64,000 bases of DNA, from positions 22,444,001 to 22,508,000 of the forward strand of contig NC_043000.1 of NCBI RefSeq assembly GCF_006345805.1, in the 5' to 3' direction. Positions 49,719 to 63,883 of the stretch are shown piece after piece (position 1 is the first letter of the stretch; the number at the start of each line of letters is the position of its first letter). This DNA is from Octopus sinensis (lineage: Eukaryota). The position numbers and the translations under genes were made by a program. The notes beneath the pieces were generated by a model. It did not search any database, was not told the DNA's origin, and was given only the letters and a program-made list of their open reading frames with translations.

Positions 49719-50524
49719 TTAAATAAAGAAAATCCTAGGATTGTAACTATGCAGGACCCTTGACACAGAAGCTTTTGTTTTCATAATTGTTGGCCTTGGT
49801 TTGGTTTTTGATAGCCCTGTTGATAGCTTATCATCAGCGTCATCTTCAGCATCATCAACATCAGCATTACTATCGTCAACATCATCATCATCATCGTTAC
49901 TTCCACCACCATTAATATCATCAGGTGTGTGTTGTGTCTGAGTGTGGTGAATATCTGGTACTTATAAAACCAAAATATGATAGTTGCCATATGATAATGA
50001 AACACAACAGTGGTTCACACTTATTTTGTTATGGACCCTTTATCTCTACTTTACGGACAACTTCCATCACCTTAATTTTGATAAATTATTCCATGAAAAA
50101 AAAGCATCCATGCCAGTGCCGTGTATGAAGCACTTGTGCCAGTTCCGCATATAAAGCACTGGTGATGGTGCCACATATAAAGCACCCAGCACACTCTGTA
50201 AAGTGGTTAGCATTACTAAGGGCATCAAGCTGCAGAAATCATACCAAAACAGACAATGGAACTTCAGATTGTCCAACCTATGCCAGCATGGAAAAAAACG
50301 GATGTTAAATGATGATGATGACAAAATCTGTTTTAGAGAGAGAAACTTTTCATATTTCTTCAAAAAAAACAAACATTTTTTTGAAAACAGAGAAAACCAA
50401 ATTTTTATACAATAAATTTTTAAAAAAAATTTCATTAAAAGAATTTCAATGAAATTTTAACCCTAGAATTTTAATGAAATTTTAACCCTAGAATTTTCAT
50501 AGATCTCATTCTGGAAAATACTGG

Positions 50525-51350
50525 AAAAAATGGTGGTAGGTGCAGGCATGGTTGTGTGGTTAAGAAGTTTACTTCCTAACCATCTGGTTTCAGGTTCTCA
50601 TCCATTGCTTGTTACCTTTGCAAGTGTTTTCTACTATAGCCCCAGATCAATCAAAGATTTATGAGTGTATTTGATAGACAGAAATTGAAAGAAGCCTGTT
50701 GTGTATATGTATGTGTGTGTATAGGCACAGGTATGGCTGTGTGGTAAGAATCTTGCTTCCCAACCACGTGGTTTTGGGTTCAGTCTCACTGTGTGGCACT
50801 TTGGGAAAGTGTTTTCTATTATAGTCTTGGGCCAACCAAAGCCTTGTCAGTGGATCTGGTAGATGGAAACTGAAAGAAGCCTGCCACATGTGTGTCTATA
50901 TATATATATATGTGTGTGTGTGTGTCTTTGTGTGTTCGCTCCCCCACTCCCATTTTTGCTTGACAACTAATGTTGGTGTGTTTATGTCCACATAACTCAG
51001 CGGTTCGGCAAAGAGACTAATAGACTTATAAAGAATAAGTCCTGAGGTCGATTTTTTTCAGCTAACAAGCCCTTTAAGACAGTGCTCCAGCTTGGCTGCA
51101 GTTCTAATGACCGAAACAAGTAAAAAATAAAAAAAGAATATATCTATATAAATGCCTGTGTTTGTCCCTCATCACTACTTAACAACCGATGTTGGTGTAT
51201 TTACATCCCTATAACTTAGCAGTTTGGCAAAAGAAGTCAAACTAAGCACCAGGTTAAGAAAAAAAAAATCCCAGGATTGGTTCATATGACTAAAATTCTT
51301 CTAGGTGGTGTTCCAGCATGGCCACAGTCTAAGAAGTAAAATATAAAAGA
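50525..51350 (+). mobile_element. tandem / partial SINE family B copies
   Basis: Two heads (50530, 50725) and two 3' domains (50940-51130, 51160-51350). Confidence 0.75.
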
Positions 51351-51806
51351 TAGTTTTGCTTTTGAGGAAAAAAAAAGAATCATTATTCCATATTCTATTC
51401 TAAAAGACTGAAATTACAAAAGCAGTCAAAAGTTCATGTTTTTTTTTTGTTTTATTTTTGTATAGAATGAGGCTAATTGTTGTTCTCCTTCTGTTGACTT
51501 GATTGAAATTGGATTTGTGAATGAGGACATTTGTAAGAATTATTCTACTGCCGAATATTGCATCAGCCAGGACAGATAGGTGAGAGTTTTAAGAGGGTCC
51601 TTCAGATTTATTTAATTGTCTCAGAAATAGAGATCATCTGTAGCATGTGTGTGTGTGTGTGTCTGTGTGTGAACATCTGGTGCAACTTGCTCTCTGATTG
51701 CCTTTGTATTGTGACATTGTAGCGCAACACACTGCCACACAGCAGAGTAGATAACGAGGGAGCCTTTACATTGTTACAAGGCCTGTTAGAAATGGCAATC
51801 CATTAA

Positions 51807-52026
51807 CCCTTTAGCATTCAGATTAATTTGTCAAAGGTAATCCTTATTTATTCACATTAAAAAAAGTTTATCTAATATTATTTTGTAGCTTCAAGGTAAG
51901 AAAGATATAATTGCTTATTTTTAGAATGACAATGTAGGTTTGGTGTGAGATGCTGGCTCTGGCCAGTTTGAGCATAAAATGTGTAAAATATTTGGGCCAG
52001 ATACAGCCGGTTTAAACACTAAAGGG
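51807..52026. mobile_element. piggyBac-type MITE, uninterrupted
   Basis: TTAA|CCCTTTAG...CTAAAGGG|TTAA. Confidence 0.85.
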
Positions 52027-52558
52027 TTAATAAAAGAAAGATCACATTGGGTATTGTAGTCACAGATTTCCAGCCATGATCATTCCCCACCAAATTGGCT
52101 GACCATAGAAATGCTTTGATTATGATCATGTTCACTCAAGGCTGACCTGGGGCTAAACAACAATTTACATGCACACACACACATGTAAACATATGTTACA
52201 CACACACACACACACCTGTGCATCTACATATTAAAGCTTGTAACAAAATGACACTGAAAACCACATACTGTAATAGTTTGTTTAATGCAATTGCCAACAG
52301 CAGCAACAAATATTAGCATGCTTTCATTCATTTACTTAATTCTCGTGTTTAATTACTTGTTCAGCAAAATTCAACGATGATACTTCATCAGCATACAGTG
52401 TGTGTGTGTGTGATCAGCAATGCCAATAGCTCTGAAATGGATATCATAAACTTTATTGATTGTGAGATTCCTAAAAATGTTTTGTCATTGCTTCTTTTCT
52501 TAACAGATGACATGCAGTGACACCACACGTAATTTGTCTTTCTGTACTTAATAATCTT

Positions 52559-53025
52559 AATAATCTTAAAACGAGATGGCAGAATCGTTAGCACGCCGGG
52601 CGAAATGCGTAGCCGTATTTCGTCTGTCGTTACGTTGTGAGTTCAAATTCCGCCGAGGTGGACTTTGCCTTTCATCCTTTCGGGGTCGATAAATTAAGTA
52701 CCAGTTACGCACTGGGGTCGATGTAATCGACTTAATACATATGTCTGTCCTTGTTTGTCCCCTCTGTGTTTAGCCCCTTGTGGGTAATAAAGAAATATGT
52801 ACTTAATAATCTTTTCTACTCTTGGCACAAGGCCTGAAATTTGGGGGAAGGGACTAGCCAATTACATTGACCCCAGTGTTTCACTGGTACTTAATTTATT
52901 GACCCAGAAAGGATGAAAGGCAAAGTCGACCGTTGCGGAGTTTGAACTCAGAGCGTAGCGGTTGACGAAATGCCGCTAAGCATTTCAACCAGCGTGTTAA
53001 CGATTCTGCCAGCTCACAGCCTTTT
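52559..53025. mobile_element. tail-to-tail SINE A (+) and SINE A' (-) pair
   Basis: TGTACTTAATAAT occurs three times, at 52543, 52798 and 53028, bracketing the two copies. Confidence 0.85.
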
Positions 53026-54028
53026 TCTGTACTTAATAATAACACGAGCAAAATTAACCAAAATCTAACATACACCACATGTATACTGCTTATTCACACA
53101 CATACACACACGCTAAAGAGAATTTCAACATGATTGCTCAACTTGTTGGAAATAGCAGTCTAATCTCCCTCAAATCACTTAAAGACGAATTTTTTTTGAT
53201 AATGCAGTCCTGGATTTCCTGCTCATAGGAAAGAGAGGAAAGGGTCACAGTAAGAAGGCCTTTGATTTTTGACCTGGGGTTAAACAACACCAGCAGCAAC
53301 TCTTATACTATACATGCACACATACACACTCATATTTTTAGCTATTGATTTGTCATATGAGTATAATATTTATGTAATAATATTCATATCATCATCATCA
53401 TCATCATCATTTAGTGTCCATTTTCCATGCTGGCATGGGTTAAACAGTTTGATTAGAACTGGTAAACTGAACAGCTGCACCAGACTCCAATCTCTTTTGG
53501 CTTGATTTCTATGACTGAATGCTCTTCCTGACACCAACCACTCCATAGGATATACTGGGAGCTTTTTACATGTCACAGGCATGAGTACTTTTAACATGTC
53601 ACTTCTTTATATAGCTGTCCTCGTCTGTAGCTTAATCAATACAATAAAATTTGTTATAGTTACCCCCCCCCACCTCACCATACATACATATATATTTGTC
53701 TTCATCATCATCATTGTTTAACATCTATGCTCCATGCTGGCATGGGTTGGACAGAATCTGCTGGGTCCAAGGACTGCATTGTTCACAACACACACACTCA
53801 TATTTTTAGGCAGGGTTTCAAGAATAAGAGATTAAGTACTTAATATATGTTGCATTGTATTTTTATATGAATTAAGCTGGTTTCTTGATTGGTGCTTTCA
53901 TTCAGATAATGGTAAACATGCACATAAATATAGTTAAATTCATGTTTACAATCACCAGAAAGAGCACATTTAATAGGAAGCTTTGTGTGGCAATGAAATA
54001 AGTCATCAGCTTCATACTTTGATATGTA

Positions 54029-54612
54029 TTAAATGGTTGGTACATAATTATTGCAGCATCTTTAAATGCTTATTCCAACTGGCTGCCGAGCAAATAGGAA
54101 GGAGTAATTGAAGTAAATGGTGAATATGCTCTGGAATAATCATTTTTATTCTCTATTCTTTTATTTTTTTCGATCATGCTGGAGCACCATGTTTAGTTGA
54201 GCAAATCGATCCCAGGACTTATTCTTTGTAAGCCTAGTACTTATTCTATCGGTCTCTCTTGCCAAACCGCTAAGTGACAGGGACGTAAACCACACAAGCA
54301 ATGTTGGGGGGACAAACACAGACACACAAACATATACACATATATATGTATATATATGATGGGCTTCTTTCAGTTTCTGTTTACCAATTCCATTCACAAG
54401 GCTTTGGTTGGCCCAAGGCTTTAGTAGAAGACACTTGCCCAAGGTGCCACGCAGTGGGACTGAACCCAGAACCATGTGGTTGGTAAGCAAGCTACTTACA
54501 ACACAGCCACTCCTGCACCTTAAAGATGTTTTTGTTAAATATTGTTATTGTTTTTGCTGAATAAAATTTATTGAAAAAAAAAAGCCACAGTAATTACGCA
54601 CCAACCTAATAT
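54029..54612. mobile_element. mariner-derived MITE with a SINE B insert (~54150-54520)
   Basis: TIR-like ggttggtacataattattgc / cagtaattacgcaccaacc; the right end is homologous to 63884-63970. Confidence 0.65.
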
Positions 54613-54924
54613 ATGCGTATATGTCACTTATTTCTGATGTATTTTTTTATATCCTTTCCTACGAATTTTTTCTATTCATCTTTTAAATTTCATTCAACTC
54701 ACTTTGATACATATTTTACCATTATAGTAAATAGCTTTATCCAAGAGATTCTAATTATTTTGAAAAGGAATTGCCCAATCAACTTTAAATGTTTAGTCAA
54801 TGAGTTAGTAATCACAAATACTTACAAACTCTTGCATTGTTGTAAATACTCACAACTGTCTGGTGGTTGATTATATGAAACTCTGAGTAACAGTTCGTGG
54901 AGTCTTTTCAGCTTTAATACAATA

Positions 54925-55255
54925 CTGCTGAAACCCTCTTTGGTCATGACTGACCATGGGATTGCACTTACAAAGTTACCCTCTGAGGCACAAGTCCAGG
55001 CTAGGTTGTTTATGGAAGACCAGTGCATACCGGCCTCCTCTCTCACACCACTAATGTTAACCAAGGGAAAGGCAAAGGCAGATACAGCTTGGCACCTGTG
55101 ACATTGCAACTTATTTCTACAGCTGTGTGAACTGGATCAATGTGAAATAAAGTGTCTTGCTCAAGAACACATCATGCAGCCTGGTCCGGGAGTTAAACTC
55201 ACAACCTCATGATCGTAAGCTCGACGCTCTAACCCCTTAGCCATGTGCCTTCACA
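54925..55255 (-). mobile_element. tRNA-headed SINE (family D head, different 3' tail)
   Basis: Minus head gtgaaggcacatggctaagg..gagcgtcgagc..gggttgtgagtt, core aataaagtgtcttgctcaag. Confidence 0.75.
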
Positions 55256-55455
55256 TACAATACTATGGCACGTAAAAAGCATCCGGCACACTCTGTTAAG
55301 TGGTTGGCATTAGAAAGGCATCCAGCCATAGAAACTATGCCATGACAGACAGTTGGAGTCTGGACAGCTCCCAGCTAGCCAGCTCCATATCAAACTGTCC
55401 AACCCGTGCAAGGAAAGTGGACATTAAACGATAGTAATGATGATGATATATATAA

Positions 55456-55760
55456 GTGAAGGCACATGGCTTAGTGGTTAGGGTGTTGCACTCACGATTG
55501 CAAGATTGTGGGTTCGATTCCCAGACCGGGCGTTGCGTTATGTTCTTGAGCAAAACATTTCATTTCACGTCGCTCTGCGATCATTTCGACATCCGACATG
55601 TGGCACCCAGTTGCACCTGTGCATGTAATGTCGATTTGATGGAGAGAGTGAGCTTATGTCTGCACAAACTTTTGATCACTATAAACAAATCATCTGTGTG
55701 GTTGTTCGGTAAGAAATTGTTGAACCCTCATACGTCGTCTAACAATGGGAGGGTCTATCA
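55456..55760 (+). mobile_element. tRNA-headed SINE (family D-type)
   Basis: gtgaaggcacatggcttagtggttag..gggttcgattccc..ttcttgagcaaaac. Confidence 0.8.
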
Positions 55761-57323
55761 CATATATATTATATCACTTAGTCATAGTGATATTAATAAA
55801 CTAGTGTTATAACTCAATATACATATGCTTAGTCTTTGTAAGCCTAGTACTTATTCTATTGGTCTCTTTTGCCAAACTGCTAAGTTATGGGTACGTAAAC
55901 ACACCAGCATCGGTTGTCAAGTGATGTTACGGAGACAAACACAAACAAACAAACAAACACACACACACACATATACATACACAACAGGCTTCTTTCAGTT
56001 TTCATTTACCAAATCCACTCAAGGCTTTGGTTGGACCAAGGCTAATAGTAGAAGACACTTGCCCAAGGTGCTATACAATGGAACTGAACCTGGAACCATG
56101 TAGTTGGTAAGCAAGCTACTTACCACACAGCCACTCTTGTGCCTACAAAACCACTCCTGCGCCTACTATACACACAGAAAAGCATTATCAACGAAAAATG
56201 TTTCCTTTGTCAGTTTAATGTGTGTGTGTGTGTATGTGTGTCCAATATGTGCATGTTTTGTTTCTCCTGTCTGTCATGATCTGAAACTGTTAGTCTAATC
56301 CTCTGAGATTTTCATTGGATGCTGAGTTGACAACTTGATTTTTATTGTGATATATTGCTTTCAGCTTCTAAGATATGCATTTTTCTCTTTTAAATTGCAT
56401 TCATGTGGAGAATGGTAGTTTAGTTATTGAGATGTTGCAAAATATTTCAAGGAGAATTAAAACTGTTGCAGATAATTCTTCTTGCTTGAATAATGAAATT
56501 CAGCAAGAATGGGAGAGAAAATTAATTTTTCTGCCTTTGCTAATAGATAAAATAACTGAGTCAACAATGTTGACTTTTTCTTCAGAGCCACCAAGACTGC
56601 TACAGAATGAAAGGGCAGTGCCCTCTTTTAACTTTTTCTTCAGGGCTAAGAGGAAAGGGGGAAATAATTATCAGACCAAAGATTGGATTTGAAGGATTGC
56701 AACAAATTGGACTCTGTTAAAGGCACTAGGAATCAGGTGAACAGATTAGGTCCACAACTTGCAAATAGGAATTTCACTCACAATAGTTTAGTTAGATTGA
56801 GACAATGCTAGAAAATATCTGCTTGTGTAGTTGCAAGTGAACTAATTAGCAACACAACCATGCCTGTGCTCTTAAATTACACTACTATGTCAAAAAATGG
56901 TACTACATTAGGCACAGGCATGGCTCTGCAGTAAGAAGTTTGCTTCCCAAGCATATGGTTCTGGGTTCAGTCCCACTATGTGGCACCTTGGGCAAGTGTC
57001 TCCTATAGCTACAGGCTGACCAAAGCCTTGTGAGTGGATTTGGTAGAAAGCCTGCCACATTTATATATCACGTGATCACATGACTGACCAGGCCAACAGA
57101 AAAAAGAGTGAGAGAAAGTTGTGGTGAAAAAATACAGCAGGGATCAACTCCCCCCTCCCCTACTGCCGGAGCCTTGTGAAACTTTAGGTGTTTTCGCTCA
57201 ATAAACACTCACAACACCCGGTCTGGGAATCAAAACCGCGATCCTACGACCACGAGTCTGCTGCCCTAACCACTGGACCATTGTGCCTCCACACACACAC
57301 ACACACGCACACACACACATATG

Positions 57324-57365
<42 letters not shown>

Positions 57366-58189
57366 ATCAGAAAAAATATAGCAGAGGAAGTGGATCAGAG
57401 TTGTACGATAAAATTAACTTTAATCCAGGGATCAACAATATCAATAAGGTCTTTTATGGTGACCCATGTGGTTATTTATCCTAAACACTTTGGGACTAGT
57501 CCACAGATAGGCATGCAAAACCTTAATTTTGCTTACTGCTTCACTCATATGGTGCCATGTGTCCTCCTTTGCTCAAGGTAGACGATATCATTTTATGTAT
57601 TGGTGTATTGCTTGCTCCAGCAGCTCTTTGCAGAGCACAGTTATCTTCCTTCTCTTTTGTGTCTCTGTGTGACAATTACAGTAAAAAAAGCACTTGTTTT
57701 TGTAACAGAATGCTGCCACATAATCATATTTTTTGTCTCCATGTCCTATATCTAAAGTTCATCTATCGAAAGTTTTATCTATAATGAATGTAAATAGTCC
57801 TTTACTCAAATACCTCTCGTTAAGAAATACATAGTTACTTTTGTTTGGAAAAGCTTGTGTTTGTGTAAGTGTTGTTTTTGTTTTTTGTTTTAACCAAATG
57901 TATCACCAGGGCTGCTCTCAGCAGTATTTTTTTACAGATATGTTAATATTTTCCACTGCTAATGTGCATATATTTTCATGCAACATGTTCCTACAAGTTT
58001 TCTTCTTTCTTTTTCTCTTTTTTTTCTTTTCAAAATATGCAGAAACATGCTCACCTTCAAAATATTTGGTTTGATGGTGGTTCTGTTGTACCGTATTATG
58101 AACGAGCGTTTCTCTTTTTCCTTTAAATCTTGTATGGGTAAACTTCCAAATGTTCAATTCTCCTTGTTGCCATCATCATCCTTATTTAA

Positions 58190-58409
58190 CCCTTTAGTGT
58201 TTAAACCGGCCATATCTGGCCAAAATATTCTACCTATTCTATGTTCAAACTAGTCAGATATGGTTATTCATAGCTACCTTATTGTGTCATTTTCAAAATA
58301 AACAATCACATCATTGAAATCTCAAAGCCATGAAATGATGCAAGATTAATTTTACATGGTGTGAATACATAAGCTTTACATTTTACAGAATAATCTGAAT
58401 GCTTAAGGG
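58190..58409. mobile_element. piggyBac-type MITE (reverse orientation)
   Basis: TTAA|CCCTTTAG...AAGGG|TTAA. Confidence 0.85.
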
Positions 58410-60268
58410 TTAACATCTATTTTCCATGCTGGCATGGGTTGGATGGTTTGAGACCTTCACCAGGCTCCAATTGTCTGTTTTGGCATGTTTTCTACAGCTG
58501 GATCTCCTTCCTAATGCCAACCACTTTACAGTATGTACTGGGTTCTTTTTCTGTGGTACCAGCACCAGTGTCATTACATGTCATTTGTACATGTACTTTA
58601 TATTTGGCACTGGCACAGGTACTTCTTACATGACACTGGCATGGGTCCTTTATATGTGGACCCAGCACGTGTGCTTTATACCAGGACCTCGCACAAGTGC
58701 ATTTTACATAGTACCAAGATGGATGCTTTTTACGTGACACCTCCATGGGTAATAAATTCTTTCATGCTGTTGGAACTTATTAGAATCCAGTTTTTAATTG
58801 TGATATAAAAAAACGTATCTGAACAGGTCAGGAGTCAATAACTATTGTAATAATAATAATAATAATGATAATCATACCAATGAAGGCATGTGGCTTAGTG
58901 GTTAGGTTATGCAGTTCATGATCAGATGTTTGTGACCTTGAGCAAGACACTTTATTTCATGTTCTTCCAGTCTACTTAGCTAGCAAAAGTGGGTAGTACC
59001 TGTATGGCAAAGGGCCAGCTTTGTCACATCCTGTGCCACTGTGTCACGCTGAATCTCCTTGAGAACTACGTTAAGGGTATGCATGTCTGTGGAGTGCTCA
59101 ACCACTTGCACATTAATTTCATGGGCAGACTCTTCTGTTGATTGGATTTACTGAAATTCTTGTCATTGTAACTTTGATGTAGAACCAGACATGCCAGGTA
59201 GGGCATGAGCTCCAGTACATAATTGTCATATATTTCATGAACCCCAGGGATGACAATTACAACTAACTTTGAAAGAATTTGAAATCAGCATGTTATAAAG
59301 ATATAACTGTTTTGCCTGGAGCTTTGATGATTCTCTTATCCAGAATGTCAAGAAAGATTCTTGAGATTTGAGGAGGATTGTTACCAAACCTCAAAACAAC
59401 ATCCCTGCTAAGTATAGTAGTAAGTCTTAGCTTTATGATTAATAATAATATGATTACCGTGACCGTGACCGACCAGGCTATCAGATGTTGCTACACATCG
59501 CTGGTCACAATGTGCTTTGCATTGTTTTAACCTTCAAATGACACCACCCCGCTGGCTAAGCGAGCAAGCCAACAGAAGAAAGAGTGAGAGAAAGTTGCGA
59601 CGAAAGAGTACTGCAGGGATTGCCACCACCCCCTGCCAGAGCCTCGTGGAGCTTTAGGTGTTTTCGTTCAATAAACACTCACAACTCTTGGTCTGGGAAT
59701 CGAAACTGCGATCCTACAACCGCAAGTCCGCTGCCCTAACCACTGATAATTAATAATGGTTTCTTTTAATAATAATAATAATCATTATCATTTCAAAAAT
59801 TTCTCGAAAGTAACAACTATAGAGCCATTTTAGCCATCTAACAGTGCACAAATATCTCATGAGATGTGAGAGAATTGTGTCAGTTGTCAAGATACAGTGG
59901 TGTGATGAAAATTTAGACCCCTCACAAAGTAAATGCAAAATAACTCCAACGGTTTTTGTATGTTTTTTTAAATTGCTACAATGGCTCTAATCATGATGTA
60001 ATTATTTTGGTTTCAATGCAAGTTCCCAGATCAAAGTGGTTGTTTTATAAGTACATCTCTGGAAAATTTTTAAAAGTACTTATACCATAATTCTGTGTCA
60101 TTTAGGTACATACAATGGTCTTTGATGATCTGCGTGCATAAAATCGTGTGTGACACCACTTCAGGACAGATTTATTGATTAAAATATATTTCTACAAAAC
60201 CAAATTGAATAAAATATTCATGGCTTTGTGCTTACATCTTTAAATGAAAATACATGCATAAAAGCTAA

Positions 60269-60336
<68 letters not shown>

Positions 60337-61145
60337 CTTTTCTTTGCCAAAACAGCTGGTTGTATTGATTAGCTGTTGGCTTATGAACTAGTGTCATTAG
60401 TACCTTGATTACTACATTATATGCATTAGCAGCATATAATTAAAGCTTTATTGAATTTCCAGCAATAGGTTCAAATCTTGGAAACGGCAACTGATTCCAG
60501 TTTATTGTATCTTCAAATGATTACATGACTAATCTTTCTGCAATGATCCAGTTGAGTATGGGACAAACAGGAAATTCTGTGATCCATTGGAATATGTTAT
60601 TTCCCATGATCATGGGATTATGTGAGGTTACATTTCTTGAAGACTTTAAGAAAATAATTCTTCAAATGGCTAAAATACTTCCCATATTTTTTATCTTTTA
60701 CTTGATTCAGTCATTAGACTTCAGTCATTCTGGAGCACTGATTTGAAGAATTTTAGTTGAATGAATTGAACCCATTATTTATTTTTAAACCTGATAATTA
60801 TTCTATCAGTCACTTTTGCCAAACCACTATGTTACAGGGACGTAAACACACCAACACCAGTTTTCAAGCAGTAGTGGAGGCAGACACAGGTACAAAGGCA
60901 CATGCACATATATATATAATTTTCTGCTTTTCTTTACATGAACTAAGAAGATACATTGTGGAACTGATACTTTAACGAGTCATGTCTCTTTTTATCACTC
61001 AAAGAGACATATCTGCACCATCGAATGTTCCTGAACCAGTTGTTAAGTGTCCCACGTATGAGGGATCAATGCTCGATGTGTTGAAACAATTTTAGTGATT
61101 AATAAAAATTCTCATATCTTCTAGCTTCCAGCTCTCATTAACCAA

Positions 61146-61181
<36 letters not shown>

Positions 61182-61182
61182 A

Positions 61183-61215
<33 letters not shown>

Positions 61216-62469
61216 AAGAATAAGTTCAAGTAGAACAAATCAAACTTTTTGGGGAGTCCAAAAAGAAATATTTCTAATAAATATTCATCATATCAAAATG
61301 ATACCCTGCTAAAGCAAGCAATTAAAATATGAAAATAACAAGTAAGAAGTTCGTTATAGGCATATATAAAATAAAATCTTATATAAAACACTACTAACAC
61401 TTAGAAAAATGAAGAAGAGAAGATCTTAAAAGTTCAAATTAGAATTTAATTTCCACATACGACAGTTTCAAATGGTAATACAAACATGTAAGAAAATACA
61501 TTAACTATAATAACAGTAATTAAAATAGTTATGTATACCATTCTCGTCAGTGTAAAAAATTAAAGGAAAGCATCAAAAAAGGTATTACCAAACAATGGAA
61601 AAACAAAGAGGCTGTGTCGGAGAAGCTGACTGGAGATTTGCAAATAAATTGTAAAAGGGGAAAAAGGAAGAGAAACAGTGACATGTTAATGTGCTTTCGA
61701 GTCCATCTGTGTGATAAACTATAAACTAATCTGGCCAACAGACATATTTAAAAATAAGTAGGAAAAAAAAATGAGATAAAGCCAAGTGTAAACAAAAAAA
61801 TCAACACACGTATCTAACATACACAAATGCATGCTCTCTTATCTAAAAACCATATACATCTACATGCATATATATTTGAATACAAAAAATATATAATATA
61901 ATAACAGTAAGCATGTAGCGGGATTAGATAGCTATATTTAAAAATTGTTTTAGTGTATGAACTGTTATGGGTGGTAAGCTGTGGAAAAAGTTAAAAAGTT
62001 TTATAAAGAAAAATACATAGTACAATTACAAAAAAAACTTGTTGATATAAATTGGACCGATTGTATGTATGTATGTATATACATGCACATATACCTATAC
62101 ATATATACAATCGGTCCAACCCATGACAGCAAGGACAACGGACGTTAAATGATGATGATGATAATGACATTCAGGTTCCATTTACTAAATTCATTCGCAA
62201 GGCCTTGGTTAACCTGAGGCTGTAGCAGAGGACACTTGCCCAAGGTGTATTGTCTTGTAGCTTTGAGATAACAATGAAATGATTGTATATTTTTAGAATG
62301 ATATCGTAGCGTAGGTGCGAGAGGTCAGATTTCACCAGTTTGAACATTAAACAGCTAGAATATTTGAGTTGGATGTGGCTGGTAACCTTTTAGTATTCAT
62401 ACATAATGCTTATTTATTCATTGTTTTGACTTAATCATGCATTATATTGCAGCTTTGTGATTTCATTGA

Positions 62470-62790
62470 TAAGATTGTGCTGGTGGCACATGAAAAAACA
62501 TTCAAGTGAGGTCGTTGCCAGTGCCGCTGGACTGGCTCCTGTGCAGGTGGCACATAAAAAGCACCATTTGAGCGTGGCCGTTGCCAGTACGGCTGACTGG
62601 CCCTCATGCTGGTGGCACGTGAAAGCACCCACTACACTCTTGGAATGGTTGGCGTTAGGAAGGGCATCCAGCTGTAGGAACTCTGCCAGATCAGATTGGA
62701 GTTTGGTGCAGCCATCTGGTTCGCCAGACCTCAGTCAAATCATCCAACCCATGCTAGCATGGAAAGCGGACGTTAAACGATGATGATGAT
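62470..62790 (+). mobile_element. RTE 3'UTR fragment with (GAT)n tail
   Basis: Ends gcggacgttaaacgatgatgatg. Confidence 0.85.
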
Positions 62791-63838
62791 GGTAATGATG
62801 ATAGTATATTTTTAGAGTGTCATTATAGGGTCGGTGTGAGAGGCAAATCTGGCCAGTTTAAACAGAAAGCAGATTCAATATTTGAGCTGGATGTGACTGG
62901 TTTATATGCTAAGGAGCAAAATGTTTATTCTCTACACCCATCTTTAGAGTGTTTGTCTCATAGTCACTGTTGTTACAAGACCATGATCTTACATCTAATA
63001 TCTTTTGTTTGGTATGAATTTAATAAATTTTAATGATGTTACTTGCACTAACACATTTCCTGTTGTAAACAATCTCCAACGCTACTCTGAAATCTCCCAC
63101 CTTTGTACACTGTAGCCAAACAAAACACCACTAATCTGTTTTTTTTCCAATGTAGGAATATTACTGATGTTATTGTTAAAAGCACTAAATCATTCAACAA
63201 GTTTTTCTATTCTGTCTAGTGATGAATTTTATTTTTCTTTCCTTCAATTCATTCACCAAAATATCTGCCAATAAAAGCGATTACCATCTTTATCTGTTAT
63301 TAATGTACACTTGTTGTATTGTATCGGGCATCCACTAGTACTTAGTGCTGTTTTGCTTTATATCATAGCACATAAATAGTAGCAAATGAAAATTTTATGA
63401 CACTAAAAATCACTGAAGCTTTCAATAATAGTAGTTTGTAGTAGCTTAGTGTCTAAAAAAAATTAATTGCATTGAATAAATAGGCTTAACACATTACATT
63501 AATGTGATGTCATATTGTGTTGAGCAATATCTGTTTACTTAAAATTTATGTCTAAATTCTGTGTGTATGTATGTATGTATGAATGTATGTATGTATATAT
63601 ATATGTGTGTGTGTGTGTTAGATGCCAATTTCTTCCCTGAAGAGGGAGGCCAGATTTATGGTTATGTTTATATGTATCCACTACTGGTTGCATATTCTTG
63701 ACCACAGGTTCTCAAAGTGGGCCCTCAATAAAGACTTCAGTGTATAAGTCCAAACCATTTGAGCACCACTGTTTTCTATATTGGGCCTCCCTGGATTTCA
63801 TCTGTTGACTCTCTCTCTCTCTTTGTATATCTGTACAC

Positions 63839-63869
<31 letters not shown>

Positions 63870-63883
63870 AATATATATATATA

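Noticed and set aside
55456-55530. tRNA gene
   Set aside because: tRNA-like A and B boxes continue directly into the SINE core, with no acceptor stem or terminator; it is a SINE head.
56375-56692. 105-aa ORF in unique sequence
   Set aside because: No motif and no supporting splice or start context.
59325-59410. C-type-lectin-like exon CQERFLRFEEDCYQ
   Set aside because: In-frame stop before any usable donor; resemblance too short.
61003-61106. Possible terminal exon DISAPSNVPEPVVKCPTYEGSMLDVLKQF* followed by AATAAA
   Set aside because: Only modest splice context, no recognisable homology and no linked upstream exon; kept out pending RNA data.
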